From: Planctomycetota bacterium
GTDB taxonomy: Bacteria; Planctomycetota; UBA1135; UBA2386
Direction of reading: 5' to 3'
DNA: 64,000 nt
Assembly: GCA_965228735.1 (NCBI GenBank)
Contig: OZ245838.1
Span: forward strand, 544,001-608,000
The notes under the pieces are model-generated. The model did no database searches, was not told the origin of the DNA, and saw nothing but the letters and a program-made list of their open reading frames with translations. Of the stretch, positions 9,810-20,876 are shown piece by piece. The position numbers and the translations under genes are program-made. Every line of letters starts with the position of its first letter. Position 1 is the first letter of the stretch.

Positions 9810-10279
9810 CTGGCACCCTCGCCGTGCGTCGCTCCTGGCGCCGCGTGCGCTTGTCCCTCGTCAGGGAGCAGGCGATTGCCCCGTACGCAGTTCGTCACGC
9901 AGGGGATGTGGTTGGGCTCGTGAGCGAGTTCCTGCGCGACGATCCCCGGGAACGGTTCGTGGCCGTCTATCTGGACAGCCGACACAAGACGATTGCCGTC
10001 CACGATGCCCACGTCGGGACGTGCGACTCCTCACCCGTGCATCCGCGCGAGGTCTTCGGGCCGGCGGTCGCGTTGTCGGCGACGGCCGTGATCGTGGCGC
10101 ACAACCATCCGAGCGGAGACCCGACACCGAGTCCTGAAGATCGTTGCGTGACCGAGCGACTGCGCAAGGCCGGCGACCTGCTCGGTGTCCCGGTGCTCGA
10201 TCACCTCGTGATCGGGGATGAGCGGTACTACTCGTTCGCCGAGGAGGCGTTCCGCAACATGCCCGGGGGTGCGTCGTGA
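9806..10279 (+). CDS. radC: RadC-family JAB domain protein
   Basis: RERFVAVYLD, VHPREVF, AHNHPSGDPTPSPED, VLDHLVIG. Confidence 0.92.
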   Translation: MTGTLAVRRSWRRVRLSLVREQAIAPYAVRHAGDVVGLVSEFLRDDPRERFVAVYLDSRHKTIAVHDAHVGTCDSSPVHPREVFGPAVALSATAVIVAHNHPSGDPTPSPEDRCVTERLRKAGDLLGVPVLDHLVIGDERYYSFAEEAFRNMPGGAS

Positions 10280-10962
10280 CCGGCAAGGCGATCGGCTACC
10301 TACGCGTCTCGTCTGCCTCGCAAGCTCAGGACGGTAAGGATGGCTTCCCGCGACAGCGGGCGGCCGTCCGGGCCTACTGCACGAGCAAGCGTCTCGAACT
10401 CGTCGAGGAGCATGCAGACGCAGTGTCCGGGACGACGCCGCTCGAAGGCCGTGAGGCGCTCTCAGAAGCTCTCCGGCGCTGTGACGTTGTCGGGGCCAGT
10501 GTCCTCGTCGTCGAGCGCGTGGACCGTCTAGGACGCGACCTCGTGGTCTCTGAGATGATCGTGAAGGCGTTCCGCGATGCTGGCGTGTCGATCGTCTCAG
10601 CTGACACCGGGGAGAGCCTGACCGACGCGGAGAACGATCCGAGTCGGAAGCTCATCCGCCAGGTGCTCGCTGCGCTTGCCGAGTACGAGCGCAGTGCGTT
10701 GGTGGCGAAGCTCCGTGCAGCTCGAGACCGCAAGAAGCGCAACGGTGGTCACTCGGTCGGGTGCTACCGGTTCGGGGAGCATCCCGAGCGTCCTGGCGAA
10801 CGAGAGACGTTGGCCAGGATCCGTGAGCTACGTCGGGTGCGTGGTGGACGTCGCCGGTCGTCGATGGCCGACGTGGCTGCGGTGCTCAATGACGAAGGGC
10901 GTGAGAGCCGCAGTGGGCGGACGTGGTCGGCTGCGATGGTGCGAGACGTGGTGGCGCGTTAG
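10276..10962 (+). CDS. Serine recombinase (resolvase/invertase family)
   Basis: GYLRVSS catalytic motif, VERVDRLGRD, LAALAEYER. Confidence 0.92.
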   Translation: MTGKAIGYLRVSSASQAQDGKDGFPRQRAAVRAYCTSKRLELVEEHADAVSGTTPLEGREALSEALRRCDVVGASVLVVERVDRLGRDLVVSEMIVKAFRDAGVSIVSADTGESLTDAENDPSRKLIRQVLAALAEYERSALVAKLRAARDRKKRNGGHSVGCYRFGEHPERPGERETLARIRELRRVRGGRRRSSMADVAAVLNDEGRESRSGRTWSAAMVRDVVAR

Positions 10963-11035
10963 CGCTCCGATGTGTTCGCGTGCAGGGTGGAGCACGCTGC
11001 CGTGCAACACGCACCCAGCCGGAGGCGAATTGCTG

Positions 11036-11488
11036 CTACGGAATCGGGCCGCACGTCGAGCAAACGGCCTCGACGGTGGCGATGCAGATGAGGTCGCAGT
11101 CGTGCTTCTTCTTCACAACGATGTCAGTCTTCTTGGTCTTGCCGCAGCCGTCCACTTTCACCGGTACTGTGATCTCGCGCTTGGTGCATGGAGCGCCAAG
11201 ACCTGTGCCGACACGCTGTCCTGGCTCCGCCGTGGCGTAGATGTCGATGTGGACATGGCAGCAGTTGAGTGGTGGGCACTCACAGGATTGGCTAGCGGGA
11301 AGCCAGTCGATGTAGATGAACGGGGCATCTTCATCGTCGCAGTTGCTCGTATCAACGACCACGTCAGCGACGCAGACCGCGACGGCATGGGCCGGAGCAA
11401 CCTCCGGTTGCTCAGGTAGTGACAGCAGGGGCGACGCCGCGACAGCGAGCCCGGCGCCAAGGATTGCACTGATGGAAGGGTATTGCAT
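11036..11488 (-). CDS. Secreted Cys-rich hypothetical protein
   Basis: Signal-like N-terminus, about 12 Cys, AGGAG RBS. Confidence 0.6.
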   Translation of the reverse strand: MQYPSISAILGAGLAVAASPLLSLPEQPEVAPAHAVAVCVADVVVDTSNCDDEDAPFIYIDWLPASQSCECPPLNCCHVHIDIYATAEPGQRVGTGLGAPCTKREITVPVKVDGCGKTKKTDIVVKKKHDCDLICIATVEAVCSTCGPIP

Positions 11489-11562
11489 GCTCAGCTCCTA
11501 TATCGGCGAGTTGACTTGGTCGGAGATTGGGCCGATCGCAAGCCCCGACAACCGTGAGTCCT

Positions 11563-12486
11563 TTATCGTTCCCAGAACGCCGGGCCGGCCCTCGCAGCTT
11601 CTAGACGCGATGTGCCTCCTGACGCGAGGATGGCTGCTTGGTCGTTGCTCGTAATGGTCCCTGCTGAGAGGAACCAAGTGGAGACAACGCCCAGAGCATC
11701 GAAGGCGAAGAATTCCATCACCTCATGTGCGCGGTCGGTACGGGGAAGATGAGTGAAACTCGCATAGCGATACACGCGGCCCTTGTGGACAACGCTGTTC
11801 GCTCGAACTGATCTAAACCGCCTCTCCTTCAACTTGGCGAGGATCTGGTCCTCGGAGAGGCCGGGATACTCCCCGGATTCGAGGCGGCTCCGAGCCATTG
11901 CGCGCAGAGTCGTTTCTGCGGGTAGCTTGTCGGGTTCGGGTTCAACCTCTCCGGCCTTGATCGCAGCCCGCATCTCACTGCCTCGCACCGAACGGTACGC
12001 GGCGTGCAGGTCTTCGAGGTTCGAGTTGAGAAGTTCAACGAGTGTGCGTAGGTCGTCGATCTTCTTTTCAGAGAGGGGCTTGTCGGTGGGGTTTAGCTTC
12101 TCGTGTCTGACCAGATCGGGAACGTCAAGCCGACCCATTCCGGCGACAAAGTACTCCATGAGCGCGAAGTCCGTTCGGGCGTAGTCTCGCGGCCAATCGT
12201 CGTCGCTAGCGGCTGTTTGCGGCGCGTCTGTCGGCTGCCGAGCGTGGAGCGCAATCGCCAAGGTCTCTGCAATTTTCTCCGCGCACGCCTCGAACTCCAT
12301 GTCAACCGAGGTGCGCTTCTCTGACGCTTCTGCGGAAGCCGCGCTCGGGGGAGAGCTCGTGGGCGTTGGCTGCGCAGGAGATGGAGTTGCTACGGGCTCC
12401 GAGGGGGTGAGTGACCGGCCCCACCAAACGAAGATCAGTCCGATGATGATGACTAAGGCGATTGCGTAGAGACCGTTGGTGCGCAT
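11563..12486 (-). CDS. Membrane-anchored hypothetical protein
   Basis: N-terminal TM helix followed by a Pro/Ser/Thr linker; GGAG RBS. Confidence 0.7.
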   Translation of the reverse strand: MRTNGLYAIALVIIIGLIFVWWGRSLTPSEPVATPSPAQPTPTSSPPSAASAEASEKRTSVDMEFEACAEKIAETLAIALHARQPTDAPQTAASDDDWPRDYARTDFALMEYFVAGMGRLDVPDLVRHEKLNPTDKPLSEKKIDDLRTLVELLNSNLEDLHAAYRSVRGSEMRAAIKAGEVEPEPDKLPAETTLRAMARSRLESGEYPGLSEDQILAKLKERRFRSVRANSVVHKGRVYRYASFTHLPRTDRAHEVMEFFAFDALGVVSTWFLSAGTITSNDQAAILASGGTSRLEAARAGPAFWER

Positions 12487-12558
12487 TCTCCGTCCTCTTC
12501 CTTGGGTTCACCGAACGGAGTCCGGTGGCCAGCATCCCGATGGTGTAGCGGCTGGCTC

Positions 12559-13029
12559 ATGGTGTCAATCCCCTGCGGTGCGTCCGCTCGATGTAGCATC
12601 CGATTCGTGGGCAAGCCAGCCGGAACCAAGAACGTCACCGACGAAGAGCGCGAACGAATTCGGGAGCTCTACCGGCAGGGCGTGCGCTTGGTGGACATCG
12701 TGGAGGCCGTGGGGCGCTCAGAGTCCGTCGTCTACCGCACCGTGCGCGGCATGAAGCGGCCGCGCCTACCGTTTCGGCACTACAAGAACGACAAGCGCAA
12801 CGATCGCATCCTGCGGCTCATCGAGAAGGGGCGAACGCATGCCGACGTAGCGCGCACCGTCGGGCTATCGCCTCGCCAGATCGGCTACATCGTCGAGCAC
12901 CACCCGAGGATCGCGGAGTTGCTCCATCACGAGGACTGGAAGCCGTCGGAGGTGTCTGAGGTCTACCGGATCTCCATCGAGAAGGCGCAGCGCGTCAAGC
13001 GTCGGAAGTCGGTGCCTCACGAGCGATGA
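12559..13029 (+). CDS. Multi-HTH DNA-binding protein (start uncertain)
   Basis: HTH-like segments LVDIVEAVGRSESVVYR, HADVARTVGLSPRQIGYI, PSEVSEVYRISIEKAQR. Confidence 0.65.
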   Translation: MVSIPCGASARCSIRFVGKPAGTKNVTDEERERIRELYRQGVRLVDIVEAVGRSESVVYRTVRGMKRPRLPFRHYKNDKRNDRILRLIEKGRTHADVARTVGLSPRQIGYIVEHHPRIAELLHHEDWKPSEVSEVYRISIEKAQRVKRRKSVPHER

Positions 13030-14320
13030 TGTACTTGGTCAAGCCTTGCGCGAGTTCGACCATGCGCAGCAACTCATCCGGGTTGTCTGGCTCCTCCACG
13101 ACGCCGTGAAGCACGCCGTGTGCCACCCGATTGCGAACCGTGTTCCATGCCGTGACCTGTTCATTCGTGATGTGGCCTGCTGCCGCAAGAGCCTTGAGCT
13201 GCGAACGGGGCGAAGGCCGAGCCAGGTGGCCGATGCTGGCGCACAGCCTGTCTCTCAACTTTGGCGGTAGCTCAGATACGGCCTTCTTGGCTGCGTCGAT
13301 GTCTGCTGGCGAGAACTCTGGCACATTCTGCGTCTCATCTACAGCGAGCCGGATCAGGCCCTCGGTTGCGCTGGCAAGTGCGAGGGAGAAGACCCAGTTC
13401 GAGTTGGTCGATGCCTGGATGATCTCGTGGTGCAGCAGCGTGAGCGTGCATGGGGCGAGCACATCCATGCGCCGGTGCTTGGTCACGTAGACAAGACACG
13501 AACGGTAGGAGCCCCAAAAGTCCGAGCGGTCAGACGTAGGGGCGAGGCCACCGATAGTTGATCTGAGTGGGTAGATGCGACTCAGAGAGACTTGCGCGTC
13601 GCCGTTTCCGAGGTTCCTGGCGACCAGGCGGGGGTAGAGCAGTTTCCCGGTCAGCAGTTGGAGTGGTTCGAAGACGGAGCCCTCGAACCACGGGTGCTCA
13701 AGCGCATTGGAGGTTGTCGCAGTAACCCAGAGGCCGCCAGTTTGGGGGTCGCGGAAGATCTCAAACTGGCTGCCCAGATGCTCGAAACGCTCTCGCCCGG
13801 CGCCCCACTGTTCAAACACGCAGTCGGTGCCGAAGCGGATCTGCGTGTGCATGGCCTCCGACAACGGAATGCGTGGGGCTGGGTCGAAGTACAACTCGAT
13901 CCCGCGTTCTTGGCTCACATCCTCGCTCGCTCGCGGGTGAGTCGTGATGCGTTGCAGGTGTCCGACTACTTGGAGTCTCTCGTCGCCGGAGGTAGTCAGT
14001 GTTGGGTGAACCCAACCGCAGTGCCACTCGGTACCGAAGTGGTCGGTTGCAACAAGGCGGAAATCAGCGGCCTCGTCGTGGATCGCGATCAGCGAGTGCT
14101 GTGAGTAGTTGTCGATGTTGACCGTGAACCTGGGTAGGCACTCGTCTTCGAAACTCACCTCGCCCGTCCCACGGACGGATGGGCATACATCGTCTCGCCC
14201 GATGTAGATCAGCATCTCGGCGCAGTCGATGCGGCGAAGGCGATTCGTGAGCTGGGAAACCCACGGGCGAAGTGTGCGCAAGCCACTCCGGTCTGGACGA
14301 CGGTCAGGTGTGTCTCTCAC
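12995..14320 (-). CDS. ApeA-like protein with C-terminal HEPN domain (candidate defence nuclease)
   Basis: Beta-rich N-terminal region, helical C-terminus with ASATEG and VRNRVAHG (RxxxxH). GTG at 14320 overlaps the upstream TGA. Confidence 0.55.
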   Translation of the reverse strand: MRDTPDRRPDRSGLRTLRPWVSQLTNRLRRIDCAEMLIYIGRDDVCPSVRGTGEVSFEDECLPRFTVNIDNYSQHSLIAIHDEAADFRLVATDHFGTEWHCGWVHPTLTTSGDERLQVVGHLQRITTHPRASEDVSQERGIELYFDPAPRIPLSEAMHTQIRFGTDCVFEQWGAGRERFEHLGSQFEIFRDPQTGGLWVTATTSNALEHPWFEGSVFEPLQLLTGKLLYPRLVARNLGNGDAQVSLSRIYPLRSTIGGLAPTSDRSDFWGSYRSCLVYVTKHRRMDVLAPCTLTLLHHEIIQASTNSNWVFSLALASATEGLIRLAVDETQNVPEFSPADIDAAKKAVSELPPKLRDRLCASIGHLARPSPRSQLKALAAAGHITNEQVTAWNTVRNRVAHGVLHGVVEEPDNPDELLRMVELAQGLTKYIIAREAPTSDA

Positions 14321-14604
14321 GGCTGAAGCGGCGGCATCTCGTTCGAACCATTCCGGTACGCCAACCGAAGCTCCCACCACTCAGGAACGCGAACCCCCTT
14401 CCTGATGGCGTCTGCTCGACCGCGAAGAGCACCCTTCCTCTGAGCGTCTGTGAGCCTTGCTCCCGTCGTCTTCGCCATGAGGCTCATGCACATGGCTCGA
14501 TGATCATTCGTCGCACACAGAGCCTTCTCGAACCTTCTACGCACATCTCCCAGATCAGGCACCGTATCCCGGTCTGAACCGCCCCGGGTTCTCCGGAGGC
14601 TCGG

Positions 14605-15830
<1,226 letters not shown>

Positions 15831-15956
15831 CGCTACATCCTCTCACGTCTGGGAGCCTCCGAGAAACCCGGGGCGGTTCAGTCTCTTAGTGGGATACCGA
15901 GTCCATGCCATCGATCGATACCCTTGGGGTCCTTGGTCCTGGGCATGGGGGTGATT

Positions 15957-16652
15957 CTATCGCGCTCCCTTCGGCTCGGGTGGGGGATGCCAACGGCAGA
16001 AGTCCGCAGGTCTGTCGAGCTGTAGATGGACGTGTGTTGGGGCGGTCTTCCTCATGTCGAACGATGCGAGCACAATCCGAACCTCTCGCTCCTGTTCGAA
16101 CGCGATCGGCTTGGATGCGAGATAAGACTGCCAAGATCGGGCCTCTGCCGCAGACCTGACACTGCCATGGTCGTAAGTCACGGTGAAGCACTCGATCCAA
16201 CTCCAACGCGGCCCTTTGGCTTGGTTTCGCGCCGCTTGGATCAGGCGCTCAATGAACAGGGCCGTTTCGAAGATGCTGACGACGTGACGTCCGAGCTTCT
16301 CCGCCTGATAGGTTTGGTCGACCTCAGGGAGGGAGCAGCAGAAGACGTAGTGCGCCTGAACAAGCGACCCTTGGAAGTTGAGATGCCCCTCGACTGGGGA
16401 AATCTCGCGCGACTCGTCGGTCTCCACATCGACGGCAACGCGCCGGACCTCTGAGGGAACACGAGACTGCGCGATGCCTTCGCTTTGGTCAGATCGGATG
16501 TTCCCCGCACCCGGGATCGACCCGAAGGTCGCGATCTCCGAGAGGCGTAGTTTGCCCTTGTCGACGAATTCCTGGGCGAACTGCTCCTCGTCAAACGCAC
16601 GCAGCAAGAGAGGCGGAGCCTTGCCTAGTAGTGGTAGTTCTCGTGCGCTCAT
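15957..16652 (-). CDS. DUF2971-like protein (possible ADP-ribosyltransferase fold)
   Basis: YVFCCS, VTY and K-x3-F-x2-EREVR motif pattern. Confidence 0.5.
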   Translation of the reverse strand: MSARELPLLGKAPPLLLRAFDEEQFAQEFVDKGKLRLSEIATFGSIPGAGNIRSDQSEGIAQSRVPSEVRRVAVDVETDESREISPVEGHLNFQGSLVQAHYVFCCSLPEVDQTYQAEKLGRHVVSIFETALFIERLIQAARNQAKGPRWSWIECFTVTYDHGSVRSAAEARSWQSYLASKPIAFEQEREVRIVLASFDMRKTAPTHVHLQLDRPADFCRWHPPPEPKGAR

Positions 16653-16661
16653 GGGCCTCGG

Positions 16662-16871
16662 TCAGTTCCTCGACACGTCCTGCTCGTCCCTCACCCAGCC
16701 CTTCAACTGCTCGGCTGCGGTCTGCGCTGCCCGTAGGTCTCGGAGAGCATCCCGGACCGCTTCCCGTAGCTGCGGGATCTGCTGCCGGTAGACCGTTGCC
16801 CGGTGTCGCAGCTCGGCGAGGAACACCTCTGGGTGTCGTTCACCGTCGTTGCTGATCGTGCCTCTGACCAT
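16662..16871 (-). CDS. Small coiled-coil hypothetical protein
   Basis: 69-aa ORF ending about 10 nt before the next start. Confidence 0.45.
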   Translation of the reverse strand: MVRGTISNDGERHPEVFLAELRHRATVYRQQIPQLREAVRDALRDLRAAQTAAEQLKGWVRDEQDVSRN

Positions 16872-16962
16872 GGGGGTTGGATGACGTGCTCGCGTGCGGC
16901 TTCGAATTCTACCAGGTGCGAAGTTATCGGCGCGGTAGGCTCTATCGGATGGGAAGTCAAAA

Positions 16963-17599
16963 CATGGCTCGCATCGAGAAGGAGATGCAGGAAGCGGCGA
17001 ATGGCCGGTTCCGAGTGCCGCTTGACCACGCGCTCCGCCGTGATGTCGCTCTAGTTTGGTCCTTGCGTGCGCGCGCCCTGCAAGCAGTTGATGCGGCAAC
17101 CAACGGAGAGCCCTGTGGCTCGACGAATGAGATTGACAAGACCGTTGAGGCAATCTGGACAGCCGAGCGATCATGGTTGGACTCCATGCTGCACGGCGTG
17201 TGGCGCCGGGAGCGCAGGGAGCTACTCAAGATTGAGGCGGTTGCGCGGGAGGCTCGGCCTGAGTACTCGGGCGTTGAGCCACTCGACGAGTACTACCGTC
17301 GTGCGTCCGGATGGTTGGACAAGAAGCGAGTCAGCAAGGGTACGCCGCACCTGTCCAGCTACGAGAAGTTTGAGGCGTCGCCGGTGGAGGGGCAGGATGG
17401 CGAGAGTACGGACCGTCGTGACGCTGTGGTCGGGTACTTGATCTTGGCGTGCTCGGCTTTGGGCGCCGTTGTAGGGGGAGTCTTCGGTTCCCAGCTTGGG
17501 TCTGAGGCCTTGGGCGCGGGGCTTGGTCTTGGTGTCGGCGTTGCTCTCGGATTCGCGCTCGTGCCGTCTACTTCGTCAGGCATCCGGCGGCCCAAGTGA
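16963..17599 (+). CDS. Hypothetical membrane protein (start uncertain)
   Basis: C-terminal Gly-zipper-like hydrophobic hairpin. Confidence 0.5.
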
Positions 17600-17748
17600 G
17601 GTCGAGTTGTTCGAGTGGCCACATTCTCGATGGCGGCTGACAGCGTTGCTCATCCCGTGCCTCAACGGGGCCAGTGACGTCCGCTGGGAGTTGCCGGACT
17701 GGTTGGTCTGCTGAGGTTCTGGGCATTGAGTTGCAAAGACCGTTCGCG

Positions 17749-18216
17749 CTATCCCATGCTCGCGATGCCACGCCTGATCGGGCCGAGAAGCTGGCTCTCT
17801 GCCCAGTCTTGAGTGTACGCACCGCGCCGAACCATGGAGTCGACCGCAAAGTCGAGGATTGCTTCGTAGGCGTGGCCAACGTTGGACAGCACGCCACGGT
17901 AGACGTGGTGATGTCCCGATTCGAGTTGGTCGCCCGTGGCGTGCACCAAGTAGTTCGCAACGTATGCGAATGGGGTGAAGTTTGGATCGTGCGGGTGGCT
18001 ACGGACAGCGGCTTCGTAGTCTTCGGCCTCGGCCTTGCTCCAGGCTTTCACTTGCTTCGCGAGCGAGTCGAGCAGGTCTCTTCCGATCTTGCCGAGATGC
18101 AGTCTCGCCAGCTCGTCGGCGGGGTGCGTCTTCGGGAGTTGGACCCTGACGCGGTCGATCTCCGCAAGTAGTTCTTCCACGGCTGGACTCTTGGCTCCAA
18201 ACATCTTCCCAAACAT
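17749..18216 (-). CDS. Hypothetical protein
   Basis: About 155-aa ORF with a GHHHVYRGVLS segment. Confidence 0.6.
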   Translation of the reverse strand: MFGKMFGAKSPAVEELLAEIDRVRVQLPKTHPADELARLHLGKIGRDLLDSLAKQVKAWSKAEAEDYEAAVRSHPHDPNFTPFAYVANYLVHATGDQLESGHHHVYRGVLSNVGHAYEAILDFAVDSMVRRGAYTQDWAESQLLGPIRRGIASMG

Positions 18217-18353
18217 GGTTCGCACTATACGGAATCCGATGGAGGTGCGCTGGGAAGCTGCTTCTGAATCTCCTCGCAGAGCAGTTGACAGGTGTTGTCG
18301 GCGGCAGCGAGGTGGTCTCGGGCGGAGTCTAGCTCATCCACGAGGAGTGTGAA

Positions 18354-18728
18354 TTGACAGCAGCGATCGTCGTCTTCACCGTGTACCAGGCCTTTTACGG
18401 TCTCCTGAGCTTCTACTACTCGAACGCAATGCAGAAGCACCCGGAAGACCTATCGGAGATGGAGTGCAAGTTGTGGCGGGAGAACACTGCGCTTTCGGCA
18501 GGCGCCACGCTGTTCGTGCTTGCCGCTCGAATCACCGGGGTGGCATGGCTCGTGTGGTTTGGAATTCGAACCGAGTGGTACTATCCCGCCCTACTGTTCG
18601 TGGTGACTCTGCTGGGAACGGTCGTGATCAACGGCTTCATCCGAGCGTCCTTTGGCGTCGCCGTTCCGGCGCTGCTTGGATTCGTCGTGCTGCCGGCGTC
18701 CGGTACTGCTCTCTGGTTCCTCGCGTGA
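18354..18728 (+). CDS. Small multi-pass membrane protein (start uncertain)
   Basis: Four hydrophobic segments. Confidence 0.6.
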   Translation: MTAAIVVFTVYQAFYGLLSFYYSNAMQKHPEDLSEMECKLWRENTALSAGATLFVLAARITGVAWLVWFGIRTEWYYPALLFVVTLLGTVVINGFIRASFGVAVPALLGFVVLPASGTALWFLA

Positions 18729-18785
18729 GGGAGAGCGAGGCAGCCGATTCGAGCTAGAGCGATGTAGCTCTCGTGCGAATTGCGC

Positions 18786-19277
18786 CTACGGGGTGATCGT
18801 CATGCCGACGACAGCGCTGGGATAGAACGGTACGCTGCCAAGTCCGGGTTGCAGTTCAAACGACTGAAACGCGAGCGTCGTTCCGATGAAGGTTGGCTGG
18901 TTGGGGACGTAGAGAAAGAAGTTGAACTCACCCGCGACGAACACGGTTGAGAGGGGAGTGACATGGAGCGTGTTGACAGCGGTCCCGCTGTAGCACGAGA
19001 CGACGGCTGGCGGGATTGGCGTGGGCGCAGTCGCTGGGAGTCCAATGAAGAGCACTGTCAGTGGGCTCGCAAGCGATCCCGCCTGGACACGGATGGTGCT
19101 GTTGATCGTGCTGACTCCGCTCACGTCTAAATCGGCGGAGAAGGTCCCTCCTGAGCTGCCGGGACAGGGGCAGGTGATGTGGAAGGACGGCGGTGGCGGG
19201 GCGGAGTTGACGTTGCACTGGTACTGGGCGGTGGCCAGAGAAGCGGTGAGCGCGAACGACAAGAAGGAGTGGTGCAT
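18786..19277 (-). CDS. Secreted hypothetical protein
   Basis: Signal peptide MHHSFLSFALTASLATAQ; C-terminal GTTLAFQ...VGMTITP resembles the end of 6005-7183. Confidence 0.7.
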   Translation of the reverse strand: MHHSFLSFALTASLATAQYQCNVNSAPPPPSFHITCPCPGSSGGTFSADLDVSGVSTINSTIRVQAGSLASPLTVLFIGLPATAPTPIPPAVVSCYSGTAVNTLHVTPLSTVFVAGEFNFFLYVPNQPTFIGTTLAFQSFELQPGLGSVPFYPSAVVGMTITP

Positions 19278-19437
19278 GGTCGTCTTCAGGGCCAAGTGTC
19301 ATCCAACATCGTATCTGCGCCACGCACTGCTTTGGACTGGGTCGAATGCCGGCGCTTCGCATCTCCGCATCGTCATTTGCGTTCGTCGGTAGGTCCGCCT
19401 TGGTCAGAGCGCCGAAGGGTGTGATCTTGGACAAGCT

Positions 19438-20712
19438 CTAGCCGAGGTCGCGCATCACCTCGGTCGCGAGCTTCTGCTGTGCGGCCCTCGTGTAGAGCTG
19501 GGTGACATCCAGCGTCCAGTGGCCGCCGATCGCCGCGGCGGCCTCCAGCCCGCGCTTCTCGCGGATCCTTGACAGCGCGGCGTGGCGCAGCATGTGAGGT
19601 GTCCACCGACCAACCTTCGCTTTCTCGCATGCGCGGCGGATGGCGACCTGCACGGCGTTCGTCGTGTAGGTGTCCCCCGGGATTCGCTTTGGCTGGGCTT
19701 GCCTGCGTCGAGCGTTCTTGGCTTGGCGGGTGGCCGCCTTGGCGTCGTCCAGGTCGGGACGTCGGCGCCCGTTGGCTTCGGTAACGGCGTCGCAGGGGCG
19801 GAACCAGGGGCGGTCGGGGGAGATCTGGAGGAAGGGGCGCAGGATCGCTTGTGCCTCGGATCCGATCGGGATCACGCGGTCCTTCCCGCGGTGGGTGGTC
19901 TTGTGCTGCGGGGGAGAGAACAGCCAGACATCACCGCGCATTTCGACGTGCTCGCGAGCGAGCTGCACGGCCTCGCCCATCCGCGCGCCGGTGTGCCAAC
20001 AGAACCAGACGAGTGCAGCGACTGGTCGCGGCAAGTGGGTGACCGTGGCCTTTACCTGGTCCTCGGTGACGGGTTCAAGGCCGCTCGTCTCTCGAGCTCC
20101 ACTGCGGCCCGCCTTGAGTGCAGGCACCGTCGCGAGGCGGTGGTAGGTAGCCGCAGGGACCAGCTCGTTGGCCTCGGCCCATCGGAACATCTGCTTGATA
20201 CGACGGACGACGCCGTTGATGTAGTTCCGGCTGAAGGTCTTGCCGGTGCCGGGGATCTCACGGCCAAGCTTGTCGTGCTTCTGGCCGTAGCGGCGCCCGG
20301 TGAGTCCATCCTGGAACTGCGCCAGCTTGCTCGGTCCGAACTCCTCGGGGTGGACCTGGCCGAACGACTCGGTCAGCATGAGGCACGCTCGCTGGATCGA
20401 GAGGTGTTCGCCAGTGTGCGAGCCGTCTGCTCGACGGTAGTAGCTCTCGGCGTGGGCCTCGAAGCGATCGGCGAGGTCCCGCAGGTTGCGGGGGCGCGCA
20501 CCTGGCTCGGCGGCCCGGGCGACAGGGAACTCGTTGCCGCCTGCGATCCACTCGGCGAGGAGCTTGCGGTAGCGCTTCTCGGACTCCTCTCCAGGACGGC
20601 CGAGGTAGTAGTCGCGGCGCGAACCGCGAGGGTTGGTCAACGTGACGACAGACTGCCCCGTGCGCTTGTGCAGACGCAACTTGGGCAGGGAGCCAGCAGG
20701 GGTGCGGGCCAT
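19438..20712 (-). CDS. Tyrosine recombinase / phage-type integrase
   Basis: HTGARMGE (R), HKT (K), PHMLRH (HxxR), IGGH, TQLY (Y); adjacent to a tRNA fragment. Confidence 0.93.
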   Translation of the reverse strand: MARTPAGSLPKLRLHKRTGQSVVTLTNPRGSRRDYYLGRPGEESEKRYRKLLAEWIAGGNEFPVARAAEPGARPRNLRDLADRFEAHAESYYRRADGSHTGEHLSIQRACLMLTESFGQVHPEEFGPSKLAQFQDGLTGRRYGQKHDKLGREIPGTGKTFSRNYINGVVRRIKQMFRWAEANELVPAATYHRLATVPALKAGRSGARETSGLEPVTEDQVKATVTHLPRPVAALVWFCWHTGARMGEAVQLAREHVEMRGDVWLFSPPQHKTTHRGKDRVIPIGSEAQAILRPFLQISPDRPWFRPCDAVTEANGRRRPDLDDAKAATRQAKNARRRQAQPKRIPGDTYTTNAVQVAIRRACEKAKVGRWTPHMLRHAALSRIREKRGLEAAAAIGGHWTLDVTQLYTRAAQQKLATEVMRDLG

Positions 20713-20829
20713 GCGGAACCTCTCGAATGCGGTAGGGATTGCGGTAGTCGCAACCCGAAGAGGCCGCACGACGCCCGCCGCTCGGCGGTTCGCGGTGATC
20801 GAACTAGCGATCGACGGCAGGGTTAAGAA

Positions 20830-20876
20830 TGGAGCGGGTGATCGGGATCGAACCGACGACATTCAGCTTGGGAAGC
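20830..20876 (-). tRNA. 3' half of tRNA-Gly(CCC); att-site remnant, not an intact tRNA
   Basis: Minus strand reads GCTTCCCAAGCTGAATGTCGTCGGTTCGATCCCGATCACCCGCTCCA (anticodon loop, T arm, acceptor 3' strand, CCA). No D arm or acceptor 5' strand upstream. Confidence 0.88.

Noticed and set aside
19582..20826. 414-aa plus-strand ORF
   Set aside because: Antisense to the integrase; typical high-GC shadow ORF.
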